Shown here: positions 1 to 9,156 of the stretch, piece by piece
Position numbering within the stretch: position 1 is the stretch's first letter
Layout: each line of letters begins with the position of its first letter
Assembly (NCBI GenBank): GCA_037033105.1
Contig: JAZBLF010000008.1
Location: 93,192 to 157,191 of the forward strand
Length of the DNA: 64,000 bases
Reading direction: 5' to 3'
Source of the DNA: Bacteroidota bacterium
GTDB taxonomy: Bacteria; Bacteroidota; Bacteroidia; Flavobacteriales; Weeksellaceae
Program-made: the position numbers and the translations under genes
The notes under the pieces: generated by a model
The model's input: the letters and a program-made list of their open reading frames with translations, nothing else
Databases searched by the model: none
Told to the model about the DNA's origin: nothing

Positions 1-457
1 CAAGATCCGGAGAACTGTTTTTCTCGAACAATGTCAAAGCCTCACCAGCTCTGAAAAGCACCTCTGCATCCTTCTCTCTGGAGTCTTTTACGATCTGCTG
101 GATTTGTGCTACAGCAGACTTATCACCTTTTCCTAATTTGACAGCGGCAAGTCCCAATTTGTTCAAATTACTTTTAGGATCTGCAGCAAGTCCTTTATTG
201 AAGCTTTCCTGAGCTAAATCAAAGTTAGGATCAAATTGCGTTAAATATGTATTACCCAAGTAGAAATAGTTACTTGCGTCTTTTGGATTTTGAGTGATAA
301 GGTCTGTATAATTCTGTTTTGCCTTAGCATATTTTTGGCTGTCTACATAGTTGATACCCTCCTGTAAGGACTGGGCAAAAGTAAAACTTGTAAAAAAGCC
401 TACTGCAGCTGTGACTGCGATTTTTTTTGATAAATTCATTATATTCTCTTTTTTCAT
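1..457 (-). CDS. Secreted TPR-repeat protein, 5' part (runs off the left edge)
   Basis: Manual translation of an open frame, M(KKENIM)NLSKKIAVTAAVGFFTSFTFAQSLQEG...YFYLGNTY...: signal peptide followed by TPR-like helices. Start is 457 or 439. Absent from the ORF track because it is truncated. Confidence 0.8.
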   Translation of the reverse strand, partial: MKKENIMNLSKKIAVTAAVGFFTSFTFAQSLQEGINYVDSQKYAKAKQNYTDLITQNPKDASNYFYLGNTYLTQFDPNFDLAQESFNKGLAADPKSNLNKLGLAAVKLGKGDKSAVAQIQQIVKDSREKDAEVLFRAGEALTLFEKNSSPDL

Positions 458-553
458 TTCTCTTTAACTATAAATTTTCGTTTTGACGACAATATTTAGA
501 CCAAAATATAAAATTATATTTAAATACTCTGTTAAATAAATATTAAAACTTAA

Positions 554-1426
554 TTACCGCATCTGCACTTCTCGTCTAAAAATGTTGTACGGCTGGAGAC
601 CTTCCTTCTCCACTATGATCTGACCCAACTGCTGACAGGAAAACCTTATAAAACCGTTTCCAAGACCATAATAACCTTCATTAGTAATAAAATAAAGCAC
701 ACGGGTAAACGGATATGTCATAGTCTTCAGATTATTTCCGGTGACAGCATATTCCGTATTATCCTTGATTACTTTTAGGATTTTGAGTTCGCTTCTTAAT
801 CTCTGCGCCTCATCTCCAAATGGGCGACTAAGGGTATTGTAACTTATCACGCCTATTTTATCAGGATAGTTCTTCAACTGTTCAGCAACGTTCTCATTAC
901 CGTTTATTATTGAAAATTTGAGATCGGACGGATTCTTCTGAAACTTCTGGGCAACAAAATTTAAATTGCTGGAATTGGTGCCGTCAAAAATTAACCTTTT
1001 ACTGTCAGAAGTCAGCTCCTTATATAGATCTTCCATAGATATAGATTCAAAAGGAGAATCTTTTGGTACTACAAAAAGAACTGCGTCTGCGGCGAATTTC
1101 GCAGGAAGCCAGGGAAGATCAACTTTGGTATCAAAGGCCTGTTTTTCCTCTTTGGAAAGCTCTCTGGACATTACGGCTACTCTTACTTTCCTATCCAAAA
1201 GATCCAGCAAACCCAGATCTTCTTTTTTGATCACAACATTGATCTTAGTTTCAGGATTGAGCGCGGTATATCTTTCCGCTAAGGCTTCTATCACACTTTT
1301 AAAAGATTCATCGGTCTCTATCGTGATCTCACCCTTATTCGGCGTATCCACTTCTTTTGGCTTCTCTTTGGAACACGAAAAAGCTATAGCAGAAATTGCT
1401 ACAAGCATAAGAAAGTACTTTTTCAT
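554..1426 (-). CDS. PstS-like (PBP2 fold) substrate-binding lipoprotein
   Basis: Lipobox AFSC; AADAVLFVV and YPFTRVLYFI motifs of the PstS family; no pstCAB genes nearby. Confidence 0.75.
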   Translation of the reverse strand: MKKYFLMLVAISAIAFSCSKEKPKEVDTPNKGEITIETDESFKSVIEALAERYTALNPETKINVVIKKEDLGLLDLLDRKVRVAVMSRELSKEEKQAFDTKVDLPWLPAKFAADAVLFVVPKDSPFESISMEDLYKELTSDSKRLIFDGTNSSNLNFVAQKFQKNPSDLKFSIINGNENVAEQLKNYPDKIGVISYNTLSRPFGDEAQRLRSELKILKVIKDNTEYAVTGNNLKTMTYPFTRVLYFITNEGYYGLGNGFIRFSCQQLGQIIVEKEGLQPYNIFRREVQMR

Positions 1427-1427
1427 T

Positions 1428-1613
1428 TTAATTATTATTTTTAAGTGAAATAATAGCTCTTACGATACGGAAAATACCGTAAGCAATCAGTAATCCTCCT
1501 AATGGGTAGGCCACATTAGGTTCTATAATAATGATGAAGAATTTGTATACTATTACTACAATACCTAAAACAATGTAGAATAGTCCTGTTATTAATGAAA
1601 GCCAGTTAAACAT
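1428..1613 (-). CDS. Small two-TM membrane protein
   Basis: 61 aa with two hydrophobic helices; in the operon, 1 nt from the next gene. Confidence 0.7.
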   Translation of the reverse strand: MFNWLSLITGLFYIVLGIVVIVYKFFIIIIEPNVAYPLGGLLIAYGIFRIVRAIISLKNNN

Positions 1614-1681
1614 AAAACAAATCTAATAAAAAAAGAGAAGTTATAAAAACTTCTCTTTTATGTAATTCAAAAAATAGATAC

Positions 1682-2509
1682 TTATTCTGGTGGTTGCATA
1701 GCAAGTGGCAATCTGTAACGGTAACGTACTGTCTGCCCATTGGTTTTTGCAGGAGCCCATTTGTTCTTAATAGACTTGATTGTTCTCACTGCTTCTGCGT
1801 TGAAATCAGAATTGGAACCAGTCACCTTGATATCGGTGATACTTCCATCTCTCTCTACTACGAAAGAAATCTGACCTTTTACAACACCATCTGCACCTTC
1901 GATAGCTGCAACATCAAAGTTTTCAGCAACTTTCTTTCTAAAGGCATTGATACCTCCAGGGAATTCTGAAGCCTGATCTACTGATTCATAAACTTCGTTA
2001 GTCACTTTCACCTCAGCTGTTACCACTTTACCAGTTCCTGGTGGTGGCGGCGGTGGTGTATAAACCGGAGTTTTTACACCCTCTTGATTTTGAAGACCTG
2101 TCTGCGTGTCCAATGTTTTGGAGATTGGCGGCGGTGGTGTTTCAATTTTCGGAGCTTTCTTTGGTTCTGGAACAACGTTCTGGATCACTTCCTGTTTTTC
2201 CTCTTCTTTTGGAGGAGGTGGTGGCGGTGGTTCTTCTTCCTTAGGTTGCTCAATGATAGGCTGCTCTTCCAAAATCTCGACCAGGTTTGCGTCTACTTCC
2301 ACCTTATCAGCAGCGTTCATCTGCTGAATCTTAAGATAAATAAGTGGAGAAACTGCAAGGACGAGAAAGAAAGCTGTTCCTATCAAAAAGGACTTTGTAA
2401 GCATCCTGGAATATGTAGTTCTTATATCATAAGCCCCATACTCCTTATTTCTATTTTCAAATACAATCTCATCAAGAGTTGGATTGTATTTCAAATTATC
2501 TTCTGCCAT
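1682..2509 (-). CDS. tonB: Energy transducer TonB
   Basis: N-terminal YGAY motif and TM helix, Pro/Glu-rich linker, TonB C-terminal domain (FPGG, FVVERDGSI, W.PAK.NG). Confidence 0.9.
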   Translation of the reverse strand: MAEDNLKYNPTLDEIVFENRNKEYGAYDIRTTYSRMLTKSFLIGTAFFLVLAVSPLIYLKIQQMNAADKVEVDANLVEILEEQPIIEQPKEEEPPPPPPPKEEEKQEVIQNVVPEPKKAPKIETPPPPISKTLDTQTGLQNQEGVKTPVYTPPPPPPGTGKVVTAEVKVTNEVYESVDQASEFPGGINAFRKKVAENFDVAAIEGADGVVKGQISFVVERDGSITDIKVTGSNSDFNAEAVRTIKSIKNKWAPAKTNGQTVRYRYRLPLAMQPPE

Positions 2510-2543
2510 TGTTATATTATTAAATATGATACTTGTAGAAGGA

Positions 2544-3083
2544 TTATTCTCCTACTTTCTTTTTGTAGATAGCTTCTTCCCACGGTTTAATATCGGTTAC
2601 CCCATATCTTTCGTTCTTGGTAATAGCCATCTCATCAAGAATGTCTACAAAGTTTTTATATACTGCATCGTCTGTCGGCTTGATAATGACTGTAAATTTT
2701 TCTTTATCAGATGCGCCAGCTTTTGCTCTCTCTATTACTTTCGTAATCCCTTCTCTATCAAAGTTGGTTTCAATAAGTGTCTGATCATTAAGACCTGCCT
2801 GATCCTGCTGATGATAGAATATCTTATTGTCTTTTCCAATGATGAGTGAAATTGAATTATTCAATTTGATCTCTGTATCTGGTGGTTTTTGATTCTCCTT
2901 CGGTTTTGCCGGAAGACCAAGATCCATTACATTAGGTTTACTGAATGTTGTTGTAAACATAAAGAATGTTATCAAAAGAAAACCTAAATCTACCATGGGC
3001 GTCATATCCACGCGGGTGTTCTGCTTCTTCGAGCGGACCTTGCCGCCTTTCCCGCCGTCGTCTTTTACTTGTACTTCTGCCAT
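2544..3083 (-). CDS. exbD: Biopolymer transporter ExbD
   Basis: DMTPMVDLGFLLITFFMFTT motif; D...Y..FV.ILDE motif. Confidence 0.9.
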   Translation of the reverse strand: MAEVQVKDDGGKGGKVRSKKQNTRVDMTPMVDLGFLLITFFMFTTTFSKPNVMDLGLPAKPKENQKPPDTEIKLNNSISLIIGKDNKIFYHQQDQAGLNDQTLIETNFDREGITKVIERAKAGASDKEKFTVIIKPTDDAVYKNFVDILDEMAITKNERYGVTDIKPWEEAIYKKKVGE

Positions 3084-3094
3084 TTCTAATAGAA

Positions 3095-3700
3095 TTAATT
3101 AGATTTTTCTTGTGATGTGATCAGCCAGAATTTAAGAAAATCAATATCTCTCAAACCTTCAAACAAACCTTTTACTTTCGGGTACTTTGTAGTTACATCA
3201 CCTTTGATCGCCAACTTATAGTTAGGATTTACGGCTAAACTCTGCTGTACCCAGTCTATCAACTGTTTGTTTGTACTATCCATTGGAATACCTTCTTTTG
3301 CCTTGAAAGCTTTTTGCTTGTCTTCGGGCAAATTCAGAAAGCCTTTCAGCTGTCCGATCGGTACTCCTACCGCCTGTACTTTTGTGAATGCTACTTTCTC
3401 CTGATTTGTAAAAGCAGGAAGTTTGTACTTCGCAGCCATATTGTCAAGAAGCTGAATTCTTTCTGTCCCGTTTTCTACCGGTTGGAAATAGAATGTACCA
3501 GCTGGGGTAACATTGATCGTCATAAGACTTGCATCAGGGAGTAATTTCTCTGATATAGAAGAAGGCGGTTTTATTGACTCCACATCAGGTTTTTTGAACT
3601 GAGTGGTTAATATAAAGAATGTAAGAAGTAGGAACGCGACGTCGCACATTGCGGTCATGTCCGTAATTATTCCATGTCTTTTTGGTTTAATTCTCGCCAT
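3095..3700 (-). CDS. exbD: Biopolymer transporter ExbD (second copy)
   Basis: DMTAMCDVAFLLLTFFILTT motif; IKGD...Y motif. Confidence 0.9.
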   Translation of the reverse strand: MARIKPKRHGIITDMTAMCDVAFLLLTFFILTTQFKKPDVESIKPPSSISEKLLPDASLMTINVTPAGTFYFQPVENGTERIQLLDNMAAKYKLPAFTNQEKVAFTKVQAVGVPIGQLKGFLNLPEDKQKAFKAKEGIPMDSTNKQLIDWVQQSLAVNPNYKLAIKGDVTTKYPKVKGLFEGLRDIDFLKFWLITSQEKSN

Positions 3701-3784
3701 TATTAAAATGTCTTTGTTAACTTATTTATAAATATTCAAAATGTAAAATTTGCATTTTACAGCTTTTGTCTTTGCAGTTATTTC

Positions 3785-4648
3785 TTAGTGAAATTCAGCA
3801 AAAGACTGTTGGATGCTCATAGAGATCTCATCGATCTTGTAAGTCAGTCCATCGATTTTAGATGTAAAGAAGTTGTAAAGAATAATAGCTACTGCAGAAG
3901 TACCAATACCTAAAGCTGTATTAATCAAAGCCTCAGAAATACCGATTGACAATGCACTTGCATCTGGAGTTCCACCACCACCACCTAGGGCAGCAAATGC
4001 TTTGATCATCCCGATTACTGTTCCTAGTAGTGCTACCAAAGTTGCAACTGTACCTAGTGTAGAAAGAATCATCATATTCTTTTCAAGCATTGGCATCTCA
4101 AGCGTTGTAGCTTCTTCGATTGCTTTTGTAAGCGCAGCCATTTTTTGTTCTTTGTCCATCGTTGTATCCTTCGCTAATGCTTTGTAAGTCGTAAGACCTT
4201 CTTTTACTACATTACCTACAGATCCTTGCTGTCTGTCGCACTCTTCAATTGCCTCGTCTACTTTGTTCTGGTTTAGCAAGCTTCTAATTTTCAATACGAA
4301 ATTATCAACATTACCAGTTCCCGCAGCTTTGCTCAAAACGAATGCACGCTCGATAGCAAATACAATAACGATAATCATGAATGTAATAAGGATAGGCACG
4401 ATAAATCCTCCCATATAAACCATTCCTAAACCGTGAGGGTGTAATTCCTTACTTTCAACATCTGCAAACGCAACCGAAGCCGTTCCCGCAATACGTGGAT
4501 CATCCTGAAAGTTAGATGGGTTACCACAAACAAATAAATAAATAGCAATTCCTATTACTAATAAGATAGGAATAATTACCGCAGGATTAAGACCTCCCTT
4601 TTTCTTAGCAATTACTTGCTCATCCGTGTTTGAAACATTCATTTCCAT
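3785..4648 (-). CDS. exbB: MotA/TolQ/ExbB proton channel
   Basis: ATLVALLGTVIGMIKAF and GISEALINTALG motifs. Confidence 0.92.
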   Translation of the reverse strand: MEMNVSNTDEQVIAKKKGGLNPAVIIPILLVIGIAIYLFVCGNPSNFQDDPRIAGTASVAFADVESKELHPHGLGMVYMGGFIVPILITFMIIVIVFAIERAFVLSKAAGTGNVDNFVLKIRSLLNQNKVDEAIEECDRQQGSVGNVVKEGLTTYKALAKDTTMDKEQKMAALTKAIEEATTLEMPMLEKNMMILSTLGTVATLVALLGTVIGMIKAFAALGGGGGTPDASALSIGISEALINTALGIGTSAVAIILYNFFTSKIDGLTYKIDEISMSIQQSFAEFH

Positions 4649-4941
4649 ATTAAAACTAAATTATAATTGTTAAATTTTATTCTGTAAAATAAAGTCAAAT
4701 TATTTAAAAATGCAAACTAAATAATGTTACTTTTTGTTTTTTTTGTCAATGCTGGATATAGCTCTTTGAAATATTATTAAAATTAAACTTATATTTTATG
4801 AATTTATTATCAATGTTTCTAAACATCATAAAATAAAACTAAAAAATGTGAATTATTTTTATGTTTCCCGCTTCAATAATATCATTTATAATCTATAATA
4901 AATTTTTGTTAAAGTTTTAAAAAGCCACATCCATTGCTTAC

Positions 4942-7900
4942 TTATGAGACAATATTAATGATTTTCTTTGGAACAAAGATGAAATTTTTCACAGTTTTTC
5001 CATCTAAGTGCTTTTTCGCATCCTCATTTTCCAATATAATTCTTTCCACCTCCTCTTTTGTAAGGGTCGAAGGTAATTTTATCTTGAATTTCATTTTGCC
5101 GTTAAAACTTACTGGGTAATCTATCTCATCTTTTACAAGATAACTTTCGTTGAGAATAGGAAATTTCTCAAACTCGACAGACGAATTATTTCCAAGCAAA
5201 TTCCATACCTCTTCGCAAATATGTGGTGCATATGGTGAAATAATAACAGCTAAAGGTTCTAATATATTGCGTTTGTTGCATTTTAATTTCTGTAACTCAT
5301 TCACTGCTATCATAAAAGACGACACCGACGTATTGAAAGAAAAATTCTTAATATCAAAAAGCACTTTCTTGATCAGTGTATGCAGAATCTTAAACTCTTC
5401 TTTAGTTGGCTCCTCATCCGAAACTTCAAACGTATCGCCGTTGAAATAAAGGTTCCAAAATTTCTTCAAAAATCCATAAACGCCACTAAGACCTTGTGTG
5501 TTCCAAGGTTTAGATTGTTCCAATGGACCAAGGAACATTTCGTACAATCTTAAACCGTCTGCACCGTACTCATTACAAATATCATCTGGGTTGACGACAT
5601 TGTATTTTGATTTGGACATTTTTTCTACTTCACGACCTGTAATGTATTTTCCATCTTCAAGAATAAATTCTGCATCAGCATAATCTGGTCTCCAAGATTT
5701 GAAAGCTTCGGTATCTAGTTCGTCGGTTGTTCCCTTTAATAATGATACGTCGACGTGAACTGGCATTAAAAACCATTTTAGAGCTTCAAAGTCAACTTGT
5801 ATCTCTTCAATGTCTGAATATTTTAATCTAAATTTATCCGCGATAACATCTTTTATATTGTTTACTTGATTTACAATTTCTAAATCTGTTTCTAAATTGT
5901 AATTTTCATCAAGTTTAAATTTATCAATATGCTTTTTAGAAATAAAAATTGGAGTTCCATTTATAACCTCTTGATAATATTGTTTAAATTCAACTGAAGA
6001 GTATTTCTCTTTTTTAGAATCAAAAATTGTAACAGTTAAGTAGTTTCTATAAACAAACGCACTCATCCCCAAAATCATCCCTTGATTAATCAACTTTTGG
6101 AAAGGCTCATCCTGCTCAATATAACCTCGGTCTCTCAAAAACATATTCCAAAAACGGGAATACAACAAGTGTCCGGTGGCGTGCTCGCTTCCTCCAATGT
6201 ACAAATCAACTTGTCCCCAATAATCGGTCAGTTCTTTTTTAGCAAAAACCGCGTCATCATTCGGGTCCATATATCTTAGGAAATACCACGAACTTCCTGC
6301 CCAGCCAGGCATTGTCGATAACTCTAGTGGGAAAACGGTCTTATCATCAATCAAATCGGTGTCAACCACTTTCTGATTCGCCTCGTCCCAAGCAAATGTT
6401 TTTGCATTTCCTAATGGCGGGTCGCCGTCTTCTGTCGGTAAATATTTTTCGACCTCAGGAAGTTCCAAAGGCAAAGCGGAATTTGGCAAAGTGTACGGCA
6501 TTCCATCCTTATAATAAATAGGAACCGGCTCGCCCCAATATCTTTGTCTGGAGAAAATCGCATCACGCTGTCTGTAATTCGTTGTTCCGTGACCAATTCC
6601 TCTATTCTCTATTTCAGCAATTATTTTCGCTTTCGCTTCTTTATAATTAAGTCCGTTCAAGAAATCAGAATTCACGCAAACCGAATCTTTGGAATCGTAG
6701 GCTTCTTCCTGAACATCCACATCAGATTCTACAACCTTGATGATTTCCAGATTAAATTTCTTCGCAAATCTATGGTCGCGCCCGTCGTGTGCAGGAACAG
6801 CCATTACAGCGCCAGTTCCGTAACCCATCAACACATAATCCGAAATATAAACCGGAATATTCTTTCCCGTAAACGGATTGACGGCATAACTTCCGGTGAA
6901 AGCACCACTCACGTTTTTCACGTCAGCCATTCTGTCACGTTCTGTTTTTTTGGAAGTTTCTTCGATGTAAGTAGCAATTTCCGTCGATTGTTCTTCGGTT
7001 GTTAAACTTTGCACCAAAGGATTTTCCGGCGCCAAAACCATAAAAGTTGCTCCGAAAATAGTATCAGGTCTTGTCGTGAAAACCTCAATCGTTTCTCCAT
7101 TTTCAGTTTCAAATCTTACCTGCGCTCCCTGAGATTTCCCAATCCAATATTCCTGAGCATCTTTCAAAGGTTGCGGCCAGTCCAAAATTTTCAGACCTTG
7201 CAACAATCTTTCCGAGTACGCAGAAATCCGCATACTCCACTGCATCATTTTCTTTTGAAAAACCGGATAACCGCCTCTTTCGGATTTTCCGTCTTTTATT
7301 TCGTCATTCGCCAGAACGGTTCCCAGTGCAGGACACCAATTCACAGTAGTTTCCGCACGGAAAGCCAAACGGTAATTTAACAGAATTGCACCTTTGTCTA
7401 TTTCAGAACTATTTTTCCATTCTTCCGAAGTGAAATTTAATTCCTCATTTTGATTGGCATTAAGACCATCCGTTCCCTTGTCTTCAAAATGTTGAATTAA
7501 GGTTTCGATAGATTCCGCCTTGTCCGTATCTTTATTATACCAGGAATGAAACAACTGAATGAAAATCCATTGTGTCCATTTATAATAAGAAGGGTCCGAA
7601 GTTCTCACTTCCCTACTCCAGTCAAATGAAAAACCGATTTTTCTCAATTGCTCCTCGTATCTCGTGATATTTTGTTCGGTGGTAATTGCAGGATGCGTTC
7701 CGGTCTGGATTGCATATTGCTCAGCAGGAAGTCCAAAACTGTCATAACCAACAGGATGCAAAACGTTGAAACCCTGATGTCTCTTGAATCTCGCATAGAT
7801 ATCCGACGCGATATATCCCAGCGGATGTCCCACGTGAAGTCCCGCTCCGGAAGGGTACGGAAACATATCGAGGACGTAGAATTTCGGTTTATCGGTTGAG

Positions 7901-7977
7901 TCGGAAGTCTTGTAAGTTTGGTTGTCTTCCCAGTATTTCTGCCACTTTTTTTCTATCTGCTGATGGTCGTAAAACAT
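4942..7977 (-). CDS. leuS: Leucine--tRNA ligase
   Basis: DMFPYPSGAGLHVGH (HIGH), editing domain TTRPDT and GYGTGAVMAVPAHD, KMSKS; 1011 aa with extra segments. Confidence 0.98.
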   Translation of the reverse strand: MFYDHQQIEKKWQKYWEDNQTYKTSDSTDKPKFYVLDMFPYPSGAGLHVGHPLGYIASDIYARFKRHQGFNVLHPVGYDSFGLPAEQYAIQTGTHPAITTEQNITRYEEQLRKIGFSFDWSREVRTSDPSYYKWTQWIFIQLFHSWYNKDTDKAESIETLIQHFEDKGTDGLNANQNEELNFTSEEWKNSSEIDKGAILLNYRLAFRAETTVNWCPALGTVLANDEIKDGKSERGGYPVFQKKMMQWSMRISAYSERLLQGLKILDWPQPLKDAQEYWIGKSQGAQVRFETENGETIEVFTTRPDTIFGATFMVLAPENPLVQSLTTEEQSTEIATYIEETSKKTERDRMADVKNVSGAFTGSYAVNPFTGKNIPVYISDYVLMGYGTGAVMAVPAHDGRDHRFAKKFNLEIIKVVESDVDVQEEAYDSKDSVCVNSDFLNGLNYKEAKAKIIAEIENRGIGHGTTNYRQRDAIFSRQRYWGEPVPIYYKDGMPYTLPNSALPLELPEVEKYLPTEDGDPPLGNAKTFAWDEANQKVVDTDLIDDKTVFPLELSTMPGWAGSSWYFLRYMDPNDDAVFAKKELTDYWGQVDLYIGGSEHATGHLLYSRFWNMFLRDRGYIEQDEPFQKLINQGMILGMSAFVYRNYLTVTIFDSKKEKYSSVEFKQYYQEVINGTPIFISKKHIDKFKLDENYNLETDLEIVNQVNNIKDVIADKFRLKYSDIEEIQVDFEALKWFLMPVHVDVSLLKGTTDELDTEAFKSWRPDYADAEFILEDGKYITGREVEKMSKSKYNVVNPDDICNEYGADGLRLYEMFLGPLEQSKPWNTQGLSGVYGFLKKFWNLYFNGDTFEVSDEEPTKEEFKILHTLIKKVLFDIKNFSFNTSVSSFMIAVNELQKLKCNKRNILEPLAVIISPYAPHICEEVWNLLGNNSSVEFEKFPILNESYLVKDEIDYPVSFNGKMKFKIKLPSTLTKEEVERIILENEDAKKHLDGKTVKNFIFVPKKIINIVS

Positions 7978-8020
7978 TCTATAAAGTAAGAATTAATAAT
8001 GAATAATTTTTTAAGATTCA

Positions 8021-8028
8021 CAAAGTTA
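8021..8028 (-). promoter_or_regulatory. Bacteroidota -7 promoter element for leuS
   Basis: TAACTTTG on the minus strand matches TAnnTTTG, about 45 nt upstream of the ATG. Confidence 0.55.
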
Positions 8029-8090
8029 AGATTTTGGAATAAATAGACAATTTTAAATTTTCGGGTTCACTTTTCAACGATGATAATTAT

Positions 8091-8190
8091 TTGGGCGCCT
8101 TTATCCGTCCTCCGTTCCCGCTTTTTTATTTTTCCCCAAGCCTTTCCCAACGCAAAAAAATAAAAAGAGCTCCACTCAGGCCGGGGCGCA
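8091..8190. repeat. Family A REP/MITE-like palindromic element
   Basis: TTGGGCGCCTTTATCCG is the exact reverse complement of 33311-33327; the body closely matches 11804-11875 in the opposite orientation. Confidence 0.8.
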
Positions 8191-8250
8191 GATTCCCACT
8201 TCGAATCAACATTTGTCGGTCAGAACGACGAAAAACATAATTACGAAAGT

Positions 8251-8321
8251 CTTCGACTCCGCTCAGACTGACAACTTCAAAACCATTAGCATTTGATGTG
8301 TCACACTGAGCGGAGTCGAAG
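8251..8321. repeat. Family B REP-like inverted pair (REPIN-like)
   Basis: CTTCGACTCCGCTCAGACTGACA (8251-8273) and TGTCACACTGAGCGGAGTCGAAG (8299-8321) are inverted with 2 mismatches. Confidence 0.85.
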
Positions 8322-8400
8322 GGTTTTCACAATCACAAGGTCTTTTATCTTTCATCTATTATCTTAAAGTCTATATCTTTATCTTTGCAAAAAATCGCAA

Positions 8401-9156
8401 GTGCCGGAAATCTCTATCATCACACCAAATTATAATTCTTCAAAATATCTGAACGAAACCATTGGTTCTGTCCTCAATCAAACTTTCACAGATTGGGAAT
8501 GGCTCATTACCGATGATTGTTCCACAGACAATTCTGTAGAAATTCTGGAAAAGCAAAATGACCAAAGAATCAAAGTTTTTAAAGCGGAAAAAAATGGCGG
8601 CGCCGGACACGCAAGAAATATTTCTTTGAAAAATGCAACAGGAAGATTCATCACATTTCTGGACGCAGACGATTTTTGGGAACCCAATTTCCTCGAAGAA
8701 ATGGTCAGTTTTATGAAATCTGAAAATGCAGAACTGGCCTACTCCACCTATTCCCGCTGTGATGAAAATCTAAAATCAACAAAAATTGGCGACTACGTGG
8801 CAGATACCATCGTCACGTTTGATAATCTTTTGAAAACCTGCAGATTATCTTTGCTAGCTTCGATGTACGATTCCAAAAGAGTTGGAAAATTCTACTTTCC
8901 GGAAGACACAAAACGCGAAGACCACGTGATGTGGCTGGAATTGTTGAAGAAAATTCCGCAAGGAAAACCATTAAAAAAGACTTTATCAAAATATAGAATG
9001 TTGCCCAACAGCGTTTCCCGAAAAAAAACGAATATTATGATGGATCAATATTTGGTCTACAAAGATTATATGAAATTTTCGACATTGAAATCGCTTTATT
9101 ACACAGCCAATTGGGCCTTCAACGGTTTTATCAAATATTCTAAAATCTTTAATTAA
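8401..9156 (+). CDS. GT2 glycosyltransferase (TuaG-like)
   Basis: ISIITPNYN, DDCSTD, FLDADD, EDH motifs; GTG start; TATCTTTG promoter motif at 8380-8387. Confidence 0.9.
   Translation: MPEISIITPNYNSSKYLNETIGSVLNQTFTDWEWLITDDCSTDNSVEILEKQNDQRIKVFKAEKNGGAGHARNISLKNATGRFITFLDADDFWEPNFLEEMVSFMKSENAELAYSTYSRCDENLKSTKIGDYVADTIVTFDNLLKTCRLSLLASMYDSKRVGKFYFPEDTKREDHVMWLELLKKIPQGKPLKKTLSKYRMLPNSVSRKKTNIMMDQYLVYKDYMKFSTLKSLYYTANWAFNGFIKYSKIFN

Noticed and set aside
2030-2240. GGT/GGC triplet repeats
   Set aside because: They encode the normal poly-Pro linker of TonB on the opposite strand.
4649-4941. Fur box upstream of exbB
   Set aside because: The region is very AT-rich and only weak partial matches are present, which cannot be distinguished from chance.
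5762-6045. Intein or group I/II intron in leuS
   Set aside because: No N-terminal Cys/Ser with C-terminal His-Asn splice motifs; the frame is uninterrupted and native residues (INGTPIFISK) lie inside the segment.
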